The notes under the pieces are model-generated. The model ran no database searches. It saw nothing but the letters and a program-made list of their open reading frames with translations, and was not told the DNA's origin. From Leptogorgia sarmentosa (Eukaryota), in contig OZ210885.1 in assembly GCA_964658305.1 (NCBI GenBank), positions 7,812,001-7,876,000 on the forward strand: 64,000 nucleotides of DNA. The letters run 5' to 3'. Positions 63,146-64,000 of the stretch are shown here, in pieces. The first letter of the stretch is position 1. Each line of letters starts with the position of its first letter. Both the position numbers and the translations under genes were made by a program.

Positions 63146-64000
63146 CTAACACATAAAATAAGAATTGATGCTGTATTAGCAGACCCACTTTTGTGTGCGT
63201 AACGAATGGACAATTAATTGCTTGCGATGCGTAGCATAGCAAGCTTTAAATTCGGCATTTTTTTTATTATTTATTTTTTTTTTAATCGTGTTGTAGACAG
63301 CAGTCTCCCGCTCGGCCAACCGCTAAAACTACCAGCAACTCATTATTATTCAGTTTTAAACGACCAAGGACACTCGCGATTGCGTCCCCGATTTTCTGGA
63401 GGGTATTCTCCCCCTGGATCATTAGTATTCAAGCCTGTCATTTCGTCACTCTCCGGAGTCTTGCAATTACGTCACACTAAAACATTTAACTATTATTCAA
63501 TAGTTAATAGTGTCACTACCTATATATTCAAATTACTATTGTCTTGAGCATAAATTGTGGGACCCATTTATTTAGTAAACCTAGGCGTGATTTAATACGC
63601 ATGCGTGGTGGATCATTCGTTTTACAGCAAAGTTGAACCACAAATTACAACTCAAATTTTTGCCGTTTACCAATATTTCATCTTTTGCAAAGTGCCATTC
63701 CACTGTTTAAAGTTTAGGCTGTTTGATCGTCACAACGATTTTGATGTCCGATCCAAACTATCTAAATGTCGAATAGTAAACCGTAGGTATGTTGATGTAG
63801 TTGATATTTCAGGTGTCAATACGTGTACAACTTTCAAATGAGATGTGAATTTGTTTGCCGTTTGCGATTTATAGCTTGCCGTAAATGTCACTGGGCTAAC
63901 TGTTAACCAAATGTAAAGCAAGAGCAGCTGTAAGAACTTTCAATAAAATGTCTTGGCCAAAAGCAAGGGATTACTATATATCAAGAGAGATACAAAATAT

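Noticed and set aside
63330..63921. Candidate first exons of the APAF1-like gene
   Set aside because: Frames hit stops or lack a phase-1 donor; no domain recognised

Overview
Eukaryotic, AT-rich, repeat-dense animal DNA; the repeat families look cnidarian or coral-like (inference only). (1) 1-6.8 kb and 14.9-22.9 kb form a tRNA gene cluster (Cys, Asn, Pro, Gln, Leu-CAA with intron, Leu-TAG, Val, His, Ser, Thr, plus Glu/Asp remnants). It is built from segmental duplications, several inverted, with many copies decaying and broken by MITEs. (2) Between the two tRNA arms is an island (about 6.8-14.9 kb) with Penelope and transposase relics, an intronless tandem-RING ORF, and a convergent gene pair: PFDN4 (4 exons, one U12-type intron) and an intronless TPR + J-domain-like gene. 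That pair lies inside the split right arm of a 6.5-kb inverted-repeat structure (8259-14737). (3) 23.9-63.1 kb is a minus-strand APAF1-like NB-ARC/WD40 gene; 13 exons splice in frame (about 1416 aa) and the 5' exon(s) were not found. Its introns hold MITEs, hairpin-ended elements, a Helitron relic, a hammerhead-like palindrome, and a ~1-kb inverted repeat pair tightly bracketing three exons. All coordinates were read by eye and may be off by a few bases.
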